Shown piece after piece: positions 41,577 through 54,469 of a stretch of DNA of 64,000 bases. Location of the stretch: positions 91,884,001 to 91,948,000 of the forward strand of contig OX597814.1 of the NCBI GenBank assembly GCA_951406725.2. Reading direction: 5' to 3'. Every line of letters begins with the position of its first letter. Position 1 is the stretch's first letter. A program made the position numbers and the translations under genes. A model generated the notes under the pieces. It saw only the letters and a list, made by a program, of their open reading frames with translations. It searched no databases and was not told the origin of the DNA. This DNA is from Octopus vulgaris (lineage: Eukaryota).

Positions 41577-43367
41577 GACTCGTTTTATTTTAAAAGATCA
41601 CGAACAAAATTATTTTAATAACCCATCCTTACGACATATTTATCCTACTAGCTCTGGCATCGGTGTACTTAGCAAAAATATTCTAGACAAATATATTACT
41701 GCCTTAGTTAAAAAATTAAAGCTTAATTTATGGTCTGATTCGTTCCAAGTGGTCGAATGGTTTAGTTCTATTAATAACAAGAAATACAGTTCTATTAATA
41801 ACAAGAAAGTTTATCCAGTTTGATATTTCCATTTTCTGTCAACCCAATCGTACTTATCAAGGCAGGCTGGCTCGCTCACAACAAAGCAGGTCTCACCAAG
41901 GATGAAATTAATGTCATGTTGACCGCCAGAAAATATATTATTAAATTTGATAACAAGCTATTGGTCCATAAAGATACACCCCACAGTTTTGATGTCCCGA
42001 TGGGAAGTTCTGATTCAACACAAATCGCTGATTTGGTCGGTATGAGATGGCTGACCAATTCTCAAACATAAATGGAGTTCTATATCGTGATGATTGTCAA
42101 CTCTACTTTCAGAATTCTTCTAGACAAAAATTACAAAGGGTTAAGAATAGCTTTGTTGAATTTTCCCGAAACATGGGCTTAAGCATTGTTTTTGACGATG
42201 ATGTAACTAAAGCCAACTTTTTGGATATTACCCTTAACCTGCACAATGATTCGTACTTCCCATATCATGAACCCTCAACTAAATTAAAATCTATTAGCTT
42301 TTTCAGTAATCATTCAAAGGCTATTACAAAGAATTTAGTTAGGACTATTTCACGTAGACCTCCTAGATTATCTGCTAATGTTGATAAAGCTGAATTTTAT
42401 AACTCTGCCTTACTTAAAGCAGGCTATAAAGAAAAAAGATACCTATATTAACCCTATTGACATTAATTCTACCTCTATTAATCAGGACATGAAATCAAGT
42501 TGTAAGGACATTAACAATTATAATTTTTTTCGAATAACAACACCAAATTGAGTAAAGTATTTCTGCAGTGTAAGGGAGATAACAATTATTTAAGACCCAT
42601 TTTCATTAAAAAGATACATCGAGGATGTTTAAGGATAATTACCCTAATAATAAGATATGTCCTAGCAAAATTGTCTGGTTAATTATTAAACATGGTAAGC
42701 AGATCAAATATAACGTCCCTTACCAGTTTCGTGAAGCTACAGAAAAGAATTTCTCAAGAAATTCAAGATACTATTCGATTATTAACTCACACCGAATTAG
42801 GATAGATTTTTCTAACACAAAAAATATTTCACAAATCATCTCTTCGCATAATAATAAGTTGTTAAATCCAAATCCACTTAATGAAAATATTAACATTAAT
42901 CTTGTTAACACTAACCATTCTTTAAATAATATTAACACCGGAGTTATTGTTTCTGAAGTCAACTCCAATCGCATTCGTTTTCTTAGCAGTAATTCTAAGA
43001 CAAGAAACTCTATTCATCAATATAAAATTACTTCCGGTTCTGACGTCTTTTTTATATAGATAGTTCATCATCTCAGTTGTCCCAAAAACTATCTAATCAT
43101 TACTCTAAATTTAGGCATATCAATAAACGTAACAATACTGGGTTTAGTAAATTAATCTGGTGTCTAAAATATAATAAACAATTTAATTTAGAATGGAATA
43201 TTCTCTCATTTTCTTTACCTTATGACAAAGGTAAATCTTTTGCTCTCTTTGTAATAGTGAAATGTATTTTGTTAATCCTACTCTCTAAGAATCCCCTTGT
43301 AAACACGTTCATATAACGCGTTTATCGTTGCAAACATTGGCAGAAACATACTTTGAGCTCCTATTAG
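41577..43367 (+). pseudogene. Naiad-type PLE RT and GIY-YIG, decayed
   Basis: NPSLRHIYPTSSGIG, FDVPMGSSDSTQIADLVG, LYRDD, NFLDITLNL, SNH, SKLIWCLK..EWNIL..SLPY..SLC, RCKH. Confidence 0.85.
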
Positions 43368-43664
43368 TTATTTCTACAATTCTATAAAATTTGACCTTTG
43401 ATTGTCTTTTTACATTGCACTTCCAGTAAGTATATCTACTTCCTATCCTTTAAGATTCATTCTAATCCACATATCTCTCTACATCTCGCCACAATTAGTT
43501 TTCTGCTAACCTCTTCCTTTCTCCTCTTTCTCTTTCTATAAACTACCTTTGACGTAATATCTACTAACGGTTTAAAGAAAAAAAAAACTTGATAGCATTC
43601 CCTTCATCAAATATGCAGTGATGACATTCTGTTAAAATGTCTTATTGATGTGTTTGGTTTCCTT

Positions 43665-43753
43665 CTTTCCCTGATGAGATGATTACATTATTTTACACCA
43701 TTTTATTCCTTCTGAAATAAGACCAATGCTGTCTTCGAAACATATTTCGAAAG
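43665..43753 (+). ncRNA. Hammerhead in the sense pLTR (mutated)
   Basis: ctttcc CTGATGA gatga...tcttc GAAA catat ttc gaaag. Confidence 0.65.
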
Positions 43754-43928
43754 CAAAAGAATTTGAATAACACCTGCATTTAACTCCATTAATTTATTTA
43801 TCTATATTATACAAAGCATTTCACCTAAACCTGGATTTTTTACCTTTATAAATAGGCTGTTACATCCTTGTTACTTGTGTGAATTTTTGCTATATATATA
43901 TATATATATATATATCATTATCTATATA

Positions 43929-43982
<54 letters not shown>

Positions 43983-44232
43983 GATATGTAAAATGTAAGA
44001 GTCAAGTATTGAGATGCAGAAAGTTAGTAAGCTTCGAGCAATCCGTACAAGATATAATAAGCAACTTCGAAGGACAATAGTAGTTTATTGGCTCAGAAGG
44101 TTGTAAACGTTTCCCGTATTGAAGTTCGATGTGCTGGAAAAACCTATTTTATAGTTCACAGTTACCAGAGAGGGTTGCTATGATTGCGAACAAAAATTCA
44201 CATTGAGGAAATGGAGCAGGTTAAATCCAGTT

Positions 44233-44309
44233 TACATATGTTTCCTAGCTTGTAGAACTTGGGAAGTAATAATTACTCAACGTGGGTTACTCCACTACCT
44301 ACTTATCAG
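44233..44309 (-). ncRNA. Degenerate hammerhead in a PLE-tail fragment (~43990-44380)
   Basis: CUGAUAA guag...cuag GAAA C-AUAU-G UA; G8 mutated and stem I poor. Confidence 0.4.
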
Positions 44310-44377
44310 GCCGAAGATACCTTAGTTAAATGACGGTTTCATTGTCGTCAAGGAATCCCTAGTTATCTCGCTAGAGA

Positions 44378-44523
<146 letters not shown>

Positions 44524-44556
44524 CATATATATATACATACATATATATATATATAT

Positions 44557-44761
44557 ACTACCTTTGACGTAATATCTACTAACGGTTTAAAAAACAAAAA
44601 AAACTTGATAGCATTCCCTTCATCAAATATGCAGTGATGACATTCTGTTAAAATGTCTTATTGATGTGTTTGGTTTCCTTCTTTCCCTGATGAGATGATT
44701 ACATTATTTTACACCATTTTATTCCTTCTGAAATAAGACCAATGCTGTCTTCGAAACATAT
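44557..44761 (+). repeat. Near-identical direct copy of 43542-43745 (pLTR segment), truncated within the hammerhead
   Basis: actacctttgacgtaatatc...gtcttcgaaacatat repeated and embedded in (TA)n. Confidence 0.9.
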
Positions 44762-44838
<77 letters not shown>

Positions 44839-44921
44839 GGTCCCGGGTTGATTCGGGGTTAACCACAGTAAATAAGGTACTCAATACATAGCAGAGAAAA
44901 ATAAATTTATTATATAGAAGG

Positions 44922-44972
44922 AGCTTCTACAGGACTAGAACTGTTTCATTCAAGAGAAATCTTCAGGAAGCT
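44922..44972 (-). ncRNA. Type I hammerhead with a true 3-bp stem III
   Basis: AGCUUC CUGAAGA uUUC-UCUU-GAAu GAAA CAG-uucuaguc-CUG UA GAAGCU. Confidence 0.8.
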
Positions 44973-45199
44973 AGTTAACAAGAATTGTATTGGCATCTAT
45001 ACATTTAGGCAGGTTTAAAGGACAGGTGGGGGACTTTTTGGGGGTAGGCATAGCGCAAAATATCATACTTGAGGGAGTGGTCAAGGAGTCAGTGTTAAAT
45101 TAGATAAAGGAATAAATTAAAAAATAAAAAAATAAAAAAATAAAATAAAAAAATATATATAAAAAAAGAGAATAGAGTTTTAGGTAAATAAGGAGATTC

Positions 45200-45568
45200 T
45201 CACTTATACCTATGCACATATGTATACATATATACACACACATACAAGCATATATACATATACATACACACATACATACACACACACACATATACATATA
45301 TATACACTTACACATACATATACATATCTACACATACACATAAATGTATACATACACACACTCACATGCATACACGTACACACACATGTATATATACACA
45401 CACGACCACACATACATATACACACAGAAAAATATCTATACACATATACACACATACACACATACACGCATACACACACATATCCACACACACACATGCA
45501 CACACAGCACACTAGTCCCTATATACACATATATATACACATACACACATATATACACACACATACAT

Positions 45569-45614
<46 letters not shown>

Positions 45615-46065
45615 GTGTACCTATACATACCTACACATACACACATATATATACATACAAATACAGACCCATTCCCTAATTTTAATTTTATTGTCTCCAT
45701 TTATTACTTTTGTTATCTTTGACCGCTGGTCACAAACATCTTGGCTATGACAGCCAGTCCATTTATCTGTCTACTTGAAAACAAGCACTCATTCACTCAC
45801 GCACACTCTTTAGCACGTACACTCACTCATTCGTACACTCATACACATACACGCACGCACGCGTTATATTCATACATACATACATCTACATACATTCACG
45901 TATATACACATACGTACGCGTACCTACAGATTCATGTCTACACTCTTAGAAGGCTAGTCTATACATATACACCAATAAATATATATACACACACATACAT
46001 ATACACCTACATACAAATACATACATATATATATATATATATATACACATATATATACACATACA

Positions 46066-46119
<54 letters not shown>

Positions 46120-46310
46120 CACATACATACACATACACACATACACATACATACGTATACATAGATACATACATACATCCATACATCCATACATACATAC
46201 ATTTATACACATACACACACCCACACGTATACATATACATACATGTATATACGCGCATGCATACACATACAAATACATACACATACGCATATACATATAC
46301 ATACATACAT

Positions 46311-46361
<51 letters not shown>

Positions 46362-46743
46362 TAGATATATATACATACACACACGTACATATACATACAT
46401 ACATATACAAATATACGCACACACATACATACATACTCATATACACATACACGCACATACACATGTACATGCGTACCCATACACACACACACACGCGCGC
46501 ATCCATATATACACATAAGTACACACATGCGTAAAAGTATACATATATCTATGCTTACACATACACACACACACACGCGCCTCCTTATATTCATACTTAC
46601 ATGCATACTCAAAAAATAAGTAAATAATAAAATATATATACGCGCAGTTATTCATACATGCATACTCAAAAAATAAATAATAAATATTAAGTATATGTAC
46701 GTGCAGTTACCTATTATATAGACGGATACATACATATAAACTT

Positions 46744-46792
<49 letters not shown>

Positions 46793-46813
46793 TACACATA
46801 TATATACATATAC

Positions 46814-46844
<31 letters not shown>

Positions 46845-47043
46845 TATACACACATATATATATACATACTTACACACATGTACAAATACATACACACATA
46901 GATAACTCTACGTACCTACATATACATAAACACACGAGCGTACACGTATATGTACATATACACATACACATACACACACATATATTATACATACATACAT
47001 ATACATACACACATATATACACACACACATACATACATATGTA

Positions 47044-47091
<48 letters not shown>

Positions 47092-47809
47092 CACACACAT
47101 ATACATGTGTGCAAACATACATACATACTCATACACGCACACACACTTACATATACATATATACACACACTTACACACATATATACATACACATATACAT
47201 ACATACATACATACACATATGCATACATACACATATTCACACATACACATATATACATACATACACATACATATACATTTACACATACATACATATATAT
47301 TCATACATATATATATATACACATATACACACATACACATACACACACATATATGCATATACATACACATATATACCCACACGTACACATATACACATAG
47401 ATACATATATACATACATATACACACATACACACACACACACATATATATATACATACATACACATACACATACCTATACATATATATACACACATATAC
47501 ACATGCACATACTTATATCTCTACATACCCGCATATACATATATATATATATACATATATATATACACACACATACATATACCTATATACATGTATATAT
47601 ACACACACATATATATACACATCTACAATTTGTATCTACACTCACATACATGCACATACACATAACTCTACATACCTACATATACATCGACATACTCGCG
47701 TACACTCATATATATACACATATATACATATACACACACACATACATATACATATACATATATATATATATATAAATGTATACATAAATACACATATACA
47801 CACACATAC

Positions 47810-47862
<53 letters not shown>

Positions 47863-47897
47863 CACATATATATATATACACACATACATACATGTAC

Positions 47898-47945
<48 letters not shown>

Positions 47946-48250
47946 ATATATCAACAATTGAGGGTAAAGTTAATTAGTTATTAATCAATTTCACCAAGTA
48001 TTCAGTATGTAAAAGGACCATTATTTTTTTGAGTAAACAATGTCTGAGAGAAAATATTCTCTAAGTAGTGGAAGAGGCTAAAAACTTTTTTGGCTGCTAT
48101 TTCTAGAAAGTTCAGTATGTGGCAAAGTAATTTATTTTACTAAGCCCTAATTATATAATATTTTATACAAACATACACATACATACACACATACATATAC
48201 ACATACATATGCATACACACATATATACATATATACATATACACACACAC

Positions 48251-48288
<38 letters not shown>

Positions 48289-48400
48289 TTACATACATAC
48301 ACACACACACACACACACATAATACATGCGTATATTCCTACTATACCCATACATTTCTATACATATATACGATACACATATACAAGCGTGCACCTACAAT
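45200..48400. repeat. ~3-kb compound (TA)/(CA) low-complexity array
   Basis: Continuous alternating purine-pyrimidine sequence; source of the HTHT/YIYI pseudo-ORFs. Confidence 0.95.
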
Positions 48401-48483
48401 ATGTGAAAGGTCTTAGGAGAAAAGGTAATCGGGGGTGCTAGGGGAACGGTGGGATTGGGGGGAGGTTTGTGGGTGGGGTGTCA

Positions 48484-48920
48484 TCAATCTGGTTGCCGGG
48501 TAGGTCTATAGTTCTTGTAGTTCGCATACTTCTTATGCATGCAATTTGGGGAGTGTTCTGAGATTTTGTTAAGGAGAGGGCCTTTGGCGAACAAGATCTC
48601 TAGGCTCTCCGATATGCAGAGGTCACAGCAGGTATGGCCTCCTGTGTACGAAAGCGCCTTCTGTAGTAGTTTCCACTTGGTCTTGAAGGGGATGGAGTTC
48701 CTTTTAAGGTACCAGCTGTGGGCGGCGAGGGTAGTTTGGTTGGATTTATCCTGTCGCCGGAACGAGTGTGTGTGTGCGTACCAACGGGTCTTAAAGCTGT
48801 TTGACGTCATTCCGATGTAGGATTTTCTTTTATCATCAGGGCCTGATCTTACCTCGCATGTATATACTAGGTCCCTCTGTAGGCAGTTGTTGTTGAGGGG
48901 GCAGGTGGTTTTATCAGGGT
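48484..48920 (-). pseudogene. Naiad-type GIY-YIG endonuclease domain, frame intact but 5'-truncated
   Basis: CPLNNNCLQRDLVYTCEV...SYIGMTSNSFKTRWYAHTHSF...TTLAAHSWYLK...CDLCISE...LLNKISE..CMH. Confidence 0.9.
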
Positions 48921-48921
48921 G

Positions 48922-49011
<90 letters not shown>

Positions 49012-49068
49012 CCATATATTCAGACCGCTGGTAGCGGAGAATTTTTTCTAAAATCTTTTTGCTACCCT

Positions 49069-49119
<51 letters not shown>

Positions 49120-49124
49120 TGAAT

Positions 49125-49450
49125 TATATGATTTAACTTATTGAACAAAGTAGTTCCTATCTTACGTAAATGGAGGAGGTTGGATGTTAACATGGATGAT
49201 AAATTTTTGTGCAATTGTTTCATACAGAAAGACAATAAATTCAATCTAAATATCTGAGCGGTCAAAACTTACACCTCAGTAGCTTTTTGAAAACTCGGCT
49301 TCTTAAAATGAATTGATTGCTTTTCTGTATGAAACGATTGTATAGCTACATGAATAAAATAAAATCACCCATTTTAACATCTAATGTCCTCCATTTACGT
49401 AAAATATGATTAAATTTGTTAAACTTTGTTTAATAAATTAAATCATATAC
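49125..49450. mobile_element. Foldback/MITE with diverged long inverted arms
   Basis: tatgatttaacttattgaacaaagt / actttgtttaataaattaaatcata; tacgtaaatggagga / tcctccatttacgta; gtttcatacagaaa / tttctgtatgaaac. Confidence 0.75.
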
Positions 49451-49619
49451 TAACTATACATAGAAAACTTTTCAGATCTCCGATAATTTAGACCAGTAAA
49501 TTCAAAGTAAAGTATGAAAAAACAACGCTAGAAATCTTTTGAAAACTACTGCAGTTAGAAGACGAATTTGCATTCACCTTTAAAGAATATATATGCATCA
49601 ACGTACACACACACACATA

Positions 49620-50456
49620 CAGCGTGTGATGGGGGAAGTGTCGCCTTTTTACATTTTAAATTTTGCGCAAGCGCATTGTTTGATTTTGATTTTGTAGACT
49701 ACACATTATAGTAGGGTCAGTTGGGCACTGTCATTGAGAAAAACAGCACCATGATGCAATTCAGTCTGCTAGATACCCGGAAATGACATTTACCGCTTGG
49801 CATTCGCGAGGGAAGCCCCAATACGAACATTTCAGAGAGTCTGGGTGCCGATCTGAGGACAGTGCAATTTGAGGACATATACCTAGTCAACATCATTGTA
49901 TTTGGCGCCATTATGCCTCCATTCATCTCTCGATGCGGCATTAGACACATACACAGAGGGATATATCAAATGCCTGGAGGAGGTAGTGCTGTCCAGGGTC
50001 AAGATGGTGCCTCCTGGAAGATACTATGTCTGGCAATAGAACTCTGCACCATTTCACACAAGCAGGAGAACCTAGTCATGGCTGTCAGAAAATTTCTTCG
50101 ACCACATCACCCCTAAATCTGGCAACTTTACGTATGTAATCTCCTTGACTAATGATTATTGTGTAGGGCGCAGTTCAGCGAGAGACCAGCAAAACTTCTT
50201 GTAATACCGAAATGAACTGAAGATAAGGATTATAGCAGCATTCAGCAACTTAAACGATGAGACTTCCAAAAGTTTTGCAGTAGATTCCAAAGTCTTCTGG
50301 GGGCTGTGCTTGAAGTCAATGGCGATTTCATTCAAAAATTTTACTTTTAAGTATTTCAAGATATTTTTATGTAATTTTGGCAAATACATTGGTCAAAATG
50401 AGATGTCGATGTCATTTTTGTGCGATTTCGACCACAGTTTATTCACCGGAACCTGT
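49620..50456 (+). mobile_element. maT/DD37D-like remnant, second copy
   Basis: Collinear with 33191-34030; begins TA|cagcgtg and ends cctg|TA. Confidence 0.8.
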
Positions 50457-50522
50457 ATGTGTAAGATATATAATATAAAAACGCGAGGACTAGGAACACA
50501 TATAGTGTTATTGGACGCTCAG

Positions 50523-50572
<50 letters not shown>

Positions 50573-51335
50573 CATATCAGATAGATAAATTATTAAACCA
50601 TATTCAAAAATATTGCAATCCGTTATGAAAATACTTCTCTTCCATTAATACCAGGACCTTAAATATAAATAGTACCTATAAGAAAATTATACCTAAGCTT
50701 ACATTTTAATATTAAACCAACACCAATAAACTTTTAACACACATCAGTACGAATGAATAATTCCCTGCCTCGGTTAGCCATATTTTGGTTCGCCTTAATA
50801 ATAGATAATATATTACAACATATTCAAATATTCTCTTTCTAAAATGTTTTTTACCTGTTGACGTAAAACATTCCCATTTATTGTCTTTCATGAGTTATTA
50901 ATTTTTAATATATTACTGAAGTTGCTAATCTATAATGAGATTATGCTTCTGTAATATTGCACCTTGAAACCTTTATGTACTTCAATTTACATATTTTTTT
51001 AATATTATTTCCTCTTTATTATTATGTATTATCCTCTAACTTTACCCTTATAAGCTATTCTGGAAGATTCAAACAAATTAAAGTTTCTTTTATGGCATTA
51101 CGGAACAAATATGTTCTTATATATATATATTTCTATATGAACCTGTCTATATATATGTGTGTGTGTGTGTATGTGTGTGTGTGTGTGTGTTATACAGAAA
51201 TATTTATACGTAAATGTATGTATTTGTCCGCATGCCTATGCGTGTATATGTATGTGCATATATATATGCCTCTAATCTGTATGTTTGTATATATACACAC
51301 ACACATACACACACACACATATATAAGAGCAGCAA

Positions 51336-52423
51336 TACATAAGCCAAACAATAAAACAGACTACGTCAAAAGTTTGCTCTGCACAGATCACTGATCAAAT
51401 TTCCGAAAAACAGGAAAATAGCACTCAGCCAACACATCAACATTTGCGCCAATAACAAAAATCCCACCTTCAGAATTTTCCACCCTATCAATTCAGGGAC
51501 GATACAACCTGTAGCCAACGAATTAGTAAAGAGTCATTCTTTATTACAAAATACAGACCCCTTTTGAATGCATCTACAACAAGTGACATATCCACCACAA
51601 CCTTAGAATAACACACACGCAAATATTAAAAATGATACTTTTCGAAAGGGATACCCAAGAATTCATTCAAAACAGTCCCAATCACTACTATCATCCACAA
51701 TGAGGCAATTTTAGGGTCACTTGAACATTTAACATCCTACTACCATCATACAACGCCCGCATTCTTTTATTATTCTTTTTCTTCTTCTCCTTTTTTTCCT
51801 TCTTCTTCGTCTTCTTCTCCACCGCCTCCTTCCTTCCTACTGCTGCTTAGAATAATACCCACGCAAATATTAAAAACGATGCATTCAAAAGAGATACCTC
51901 AAGAATTTATTTAAAACAGTTCCGATCACTACTACCATCCACAACGAGTTACTTTCAGGGCACTTGACTGTTTCACATCCTACAAATATCATACCAGTCC
52001 CGCATTCTTTTATTATTCCTCTCTTCTTCTTCTTCTTCTTCTTCTTCTTCTTCTTCTTCTTCTTCTTCTTCTTCTTCTTCTTCTTCTTCTTCTTCTTCTT
52101 CTTCTTCTTCTTCTTCTACTACTACTACTACTACTACTACTACTCTTCTACGCCCTTTCTGTACTACTACTGCTGCTTAAACAATCAAAGACAAGAATTC
52201 GGAACTATCTCGAACTCACAAGAGAGAGAGACGGACAGAAACAAGGAAAATGCCCCTTTTATTTGAATACTATGGAAATATTTTTTTCAAAACTTTTTCA
52301 TTTGATTTTTCTACAATTTAATTGTTTTCAATATTCGAGTTGAAAAAGTCTCAATGACTGAAACCGGTACTAAAATATTTTCATGATAAAATTATTTTAG
52401 CAATTTCTAACTTGACTTATTTT

Positions 52424-52428
<5 letters not shown>
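51336..52428 (+). mobile_element. PLE 3' fragment: GIY-YIG tail, 3' UTR and hammerhead
   Basis: YISQT..RLRQKFALHRSLI..LSQHINIC..FRIF..RISKESFFITKYRPLLN, related to the 20.5-kb element; ~170-bp direct repeat near 51602 and 51847; (TTC)n(TAC)n tract. Confidence 0.8.
52330..52379 (+). ncRNA. Minimal type I hammerhead, U3-A8 core variant
   Basis: aauauucgAG UUGAAAA AGUC-ucaau-GACU GAAA C-CG-G UA CUaaaauauu. Confidence 0.75.
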
Positions 52429-52486
<58 letters not shown>

Positions 52487-52615
52487 CATACACACATACA
52501 TATATGCACCCATACCCATGTTAAGCGTATGGACATTTATAAAATTTGGATATAAAATAGGCAGTTTGTTTACATTTATATTGTTTACATTTATATCGTA
52601 TATATATATATATAT

Positions 52616-52821
52616 AACGGGAAGCTTTATGAAAATAGACAAAAGACGAAGGCAGGTGGGAAACAAACAAACAATTGTATTAGTATGGCGCTCAGGAAAT
52701 ATAAATAAAACAAGTCTTTAACGTTTCGAGCCTACGCTCTTCAACAGAAAGATACACAGAGAGAAAAAAAACACAGAAAGAAGGAGAGAAAAAAATGCTT
52801 GCAGTAACTAACGAATCAACA

Positions 52822-52822
<1 letters not shown>
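52616..52822 (-). mobile_element. Solo PLE 3' tail (same family as 27125)
   Basis: Shares aacaa.tgtattagt.tg.cg.tc.gg and cgtttcgagcctacgctcttcaacagaaag with 27150-27236; bounded by (TA)n. Confidence 0.75.
52715..52752 (-). ncRNA. Minimal hammerhead, CUGUUGA core variant
   Basis: UCUUU CUGUUGA A GAGC-GUAG-GCUC GAAA CG UU AAAGA; 5-bp stem I and palindromic AACGUU. Confidence 0.7.
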
Positions 52823-52858
<36 letters not shown>

Positions 52859-52889
52859 TATTTACTCTATACATTTGCATATGGATTGA

Positions 52890-53550
52890 GATCTGAGGAA
52901 ATAGGAGGCCAAATGTAAGGGGTTATGTTATAGTAAAAAAATTCAGCCATCCATTGCTGTGTTACAAGAGCCATGTGTGATAGTACAGAGTCGTGCTGAA
53001 ACATATGGCATTCCATTGCATACACTATCTATCCAGGGCTTAACAATTATTTCCAGGACCTCAATGTAGGTGACAGAGTTAACTCCAAGGCTTTGTGGAA
53101 AGAAATAAGGAGGTGCCACATGTCCTTCATTGCTGACAACCCCCAAAACCATGGCAGTTGCGGGAAATTTTGTATGCGTAACACTTGGAACATCAGAAGG
53201 GTGTGCACATAACCATCTGTCATTTTGTCTGTTAACTTTTTGATTTTTGTCGAAGTTTTTCTCGTTTGAGAAATAACAGATGAAATCTTCTGCTGGGTTT
53301 TTTCAGTTTATTTAAGACCCATTTTACATCTGATGTAGTTATTTTCTTTTGCTTTCTCTAACAGATTGAATTTTCCTCATCATATGAGACTTATATCTGA
53401 TGTCTTTGCGGAAAACATTTCTGACTGTTCCTTCTGACACATGGAGATCGTTTACAATTGGCCTCATGGACATTCATGGACATTTATCTGCTGGATAAAT
53501 TCAGGTGTTCTGCTGATTTCAGAGTGTTTAGAATGCTTCGTTAAAATACT
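52890..53550 (-). mobile_element. maT/DD37D-like transposase remnant (second family)
   Basis: FSNEKNFD, TKFPATAMVLGVVSNEGHVAPPYFFPQSL..YIEVLEIIVKPWIDSV. Confidence 0.8.
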
Positions 53551-54223
53551 GGTGACGTTTTTTCTTCCAGTGGTCAAGCTTGTCATTGTGCTTGGTTGAT
53601 TTCCTTGTGGAGACGGTCATAAGTCGTTCCGGCTGGTTGGTTTTCTTAAAGGGTCAATTCATAATGAATCTAAAGTCAGATCCGTTCGCAGAAAAAAATT
53701 ATAAATACAATTGATCCCAAAACATACCACTAAAAGCGAAAGCGTCTACGGATAAGGTATTCAGAGAAACTGTAAACCAAATTCCTTTTTTAATATTTTC
53801 ATTTCACTTTTTTTTTTTTGTTCAGTATAACTTGTCGACCCCCTTTGCACATTCAGACAAATTGATATACAGTTTTAATATTATTAACTGCTATGAACAT
53901 TCAAACTTACACCTGTCCTCCTAATCCATAATACTAAATTTATCCGCTTTAAACATATTAATTTGTAAACATTGAAACATTTTTATTTGTTAACATTGAA
54001 ACATTTAAAGATGTTTTTCCAATTCATAATTTTAAACTTTTACCATTGATAAACAAAAATGTTTTTCTAATTGATAACCTTAAACTTCTAGCAATGATAA
54101 ACAAAAAAAACATTGTTCAAACTAGCTTGGTGTATTTGTAAATATATGTATTTTAAATATTTACGAGTATATGAAATTTGGGTGCATTTTCAATAACACA
54201 TTTTCCTATATATATGTATGTAT

Positions 54224-54267
<44 letters not shown>

Positions 54268-54313
54268 GCTCTTATGCATACATTTATATGTATCTGTATT
54301 CATATTATATTAT

Positions 54314-54344
<31 letters not shown>

Positions 54345-54469
54345 CATATGTTCTTATGCATACATTTATATGTACTTTTATTCATGTTATATTGAGTGTA
54401 TATGTATGTGATTTTGTACACTTGTGTGTAGATGTGAGTATTGCTTTTGTTTCACTACAGATTGTGTAG

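Larger units (their letters stand above)
41422..43885 (+). mobile_element. Older Naiad-like PLE with diverged inverted pLTR
   Basis: 41422-41576 is an inverted, diverged copy of 43615-43770; RT and GIY-YIG remnants lie between. Confidence 0.85.
44835..48925 (-). mobile_element. Probable 5'-truncated Naiad-like PLE with a greatly expanded (CA/TA) compound microsatellite in its 3' region
   Basis: GIY-YIG tail at 48484-48920 and hammerhead-bearing tail at 44835-45200 lie on the same strand; linking the two parts is inference. Confidence 0.6.

Noticed and set aside
45100-48350. Long ORFs up to 344 aa rich in H/T/Y/I or C/V/M
   Set aside because: They are translations of CA/TA microsatellite arrays and are open in several frames on both strands
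48484-48920. Selenocysteine (in-frame TGA) in Naiad-like endonuclease fragments
   Set aside because: All cysteine positions visible here and at 7541-7768 use TGY codons, and no convincing SECIS was found
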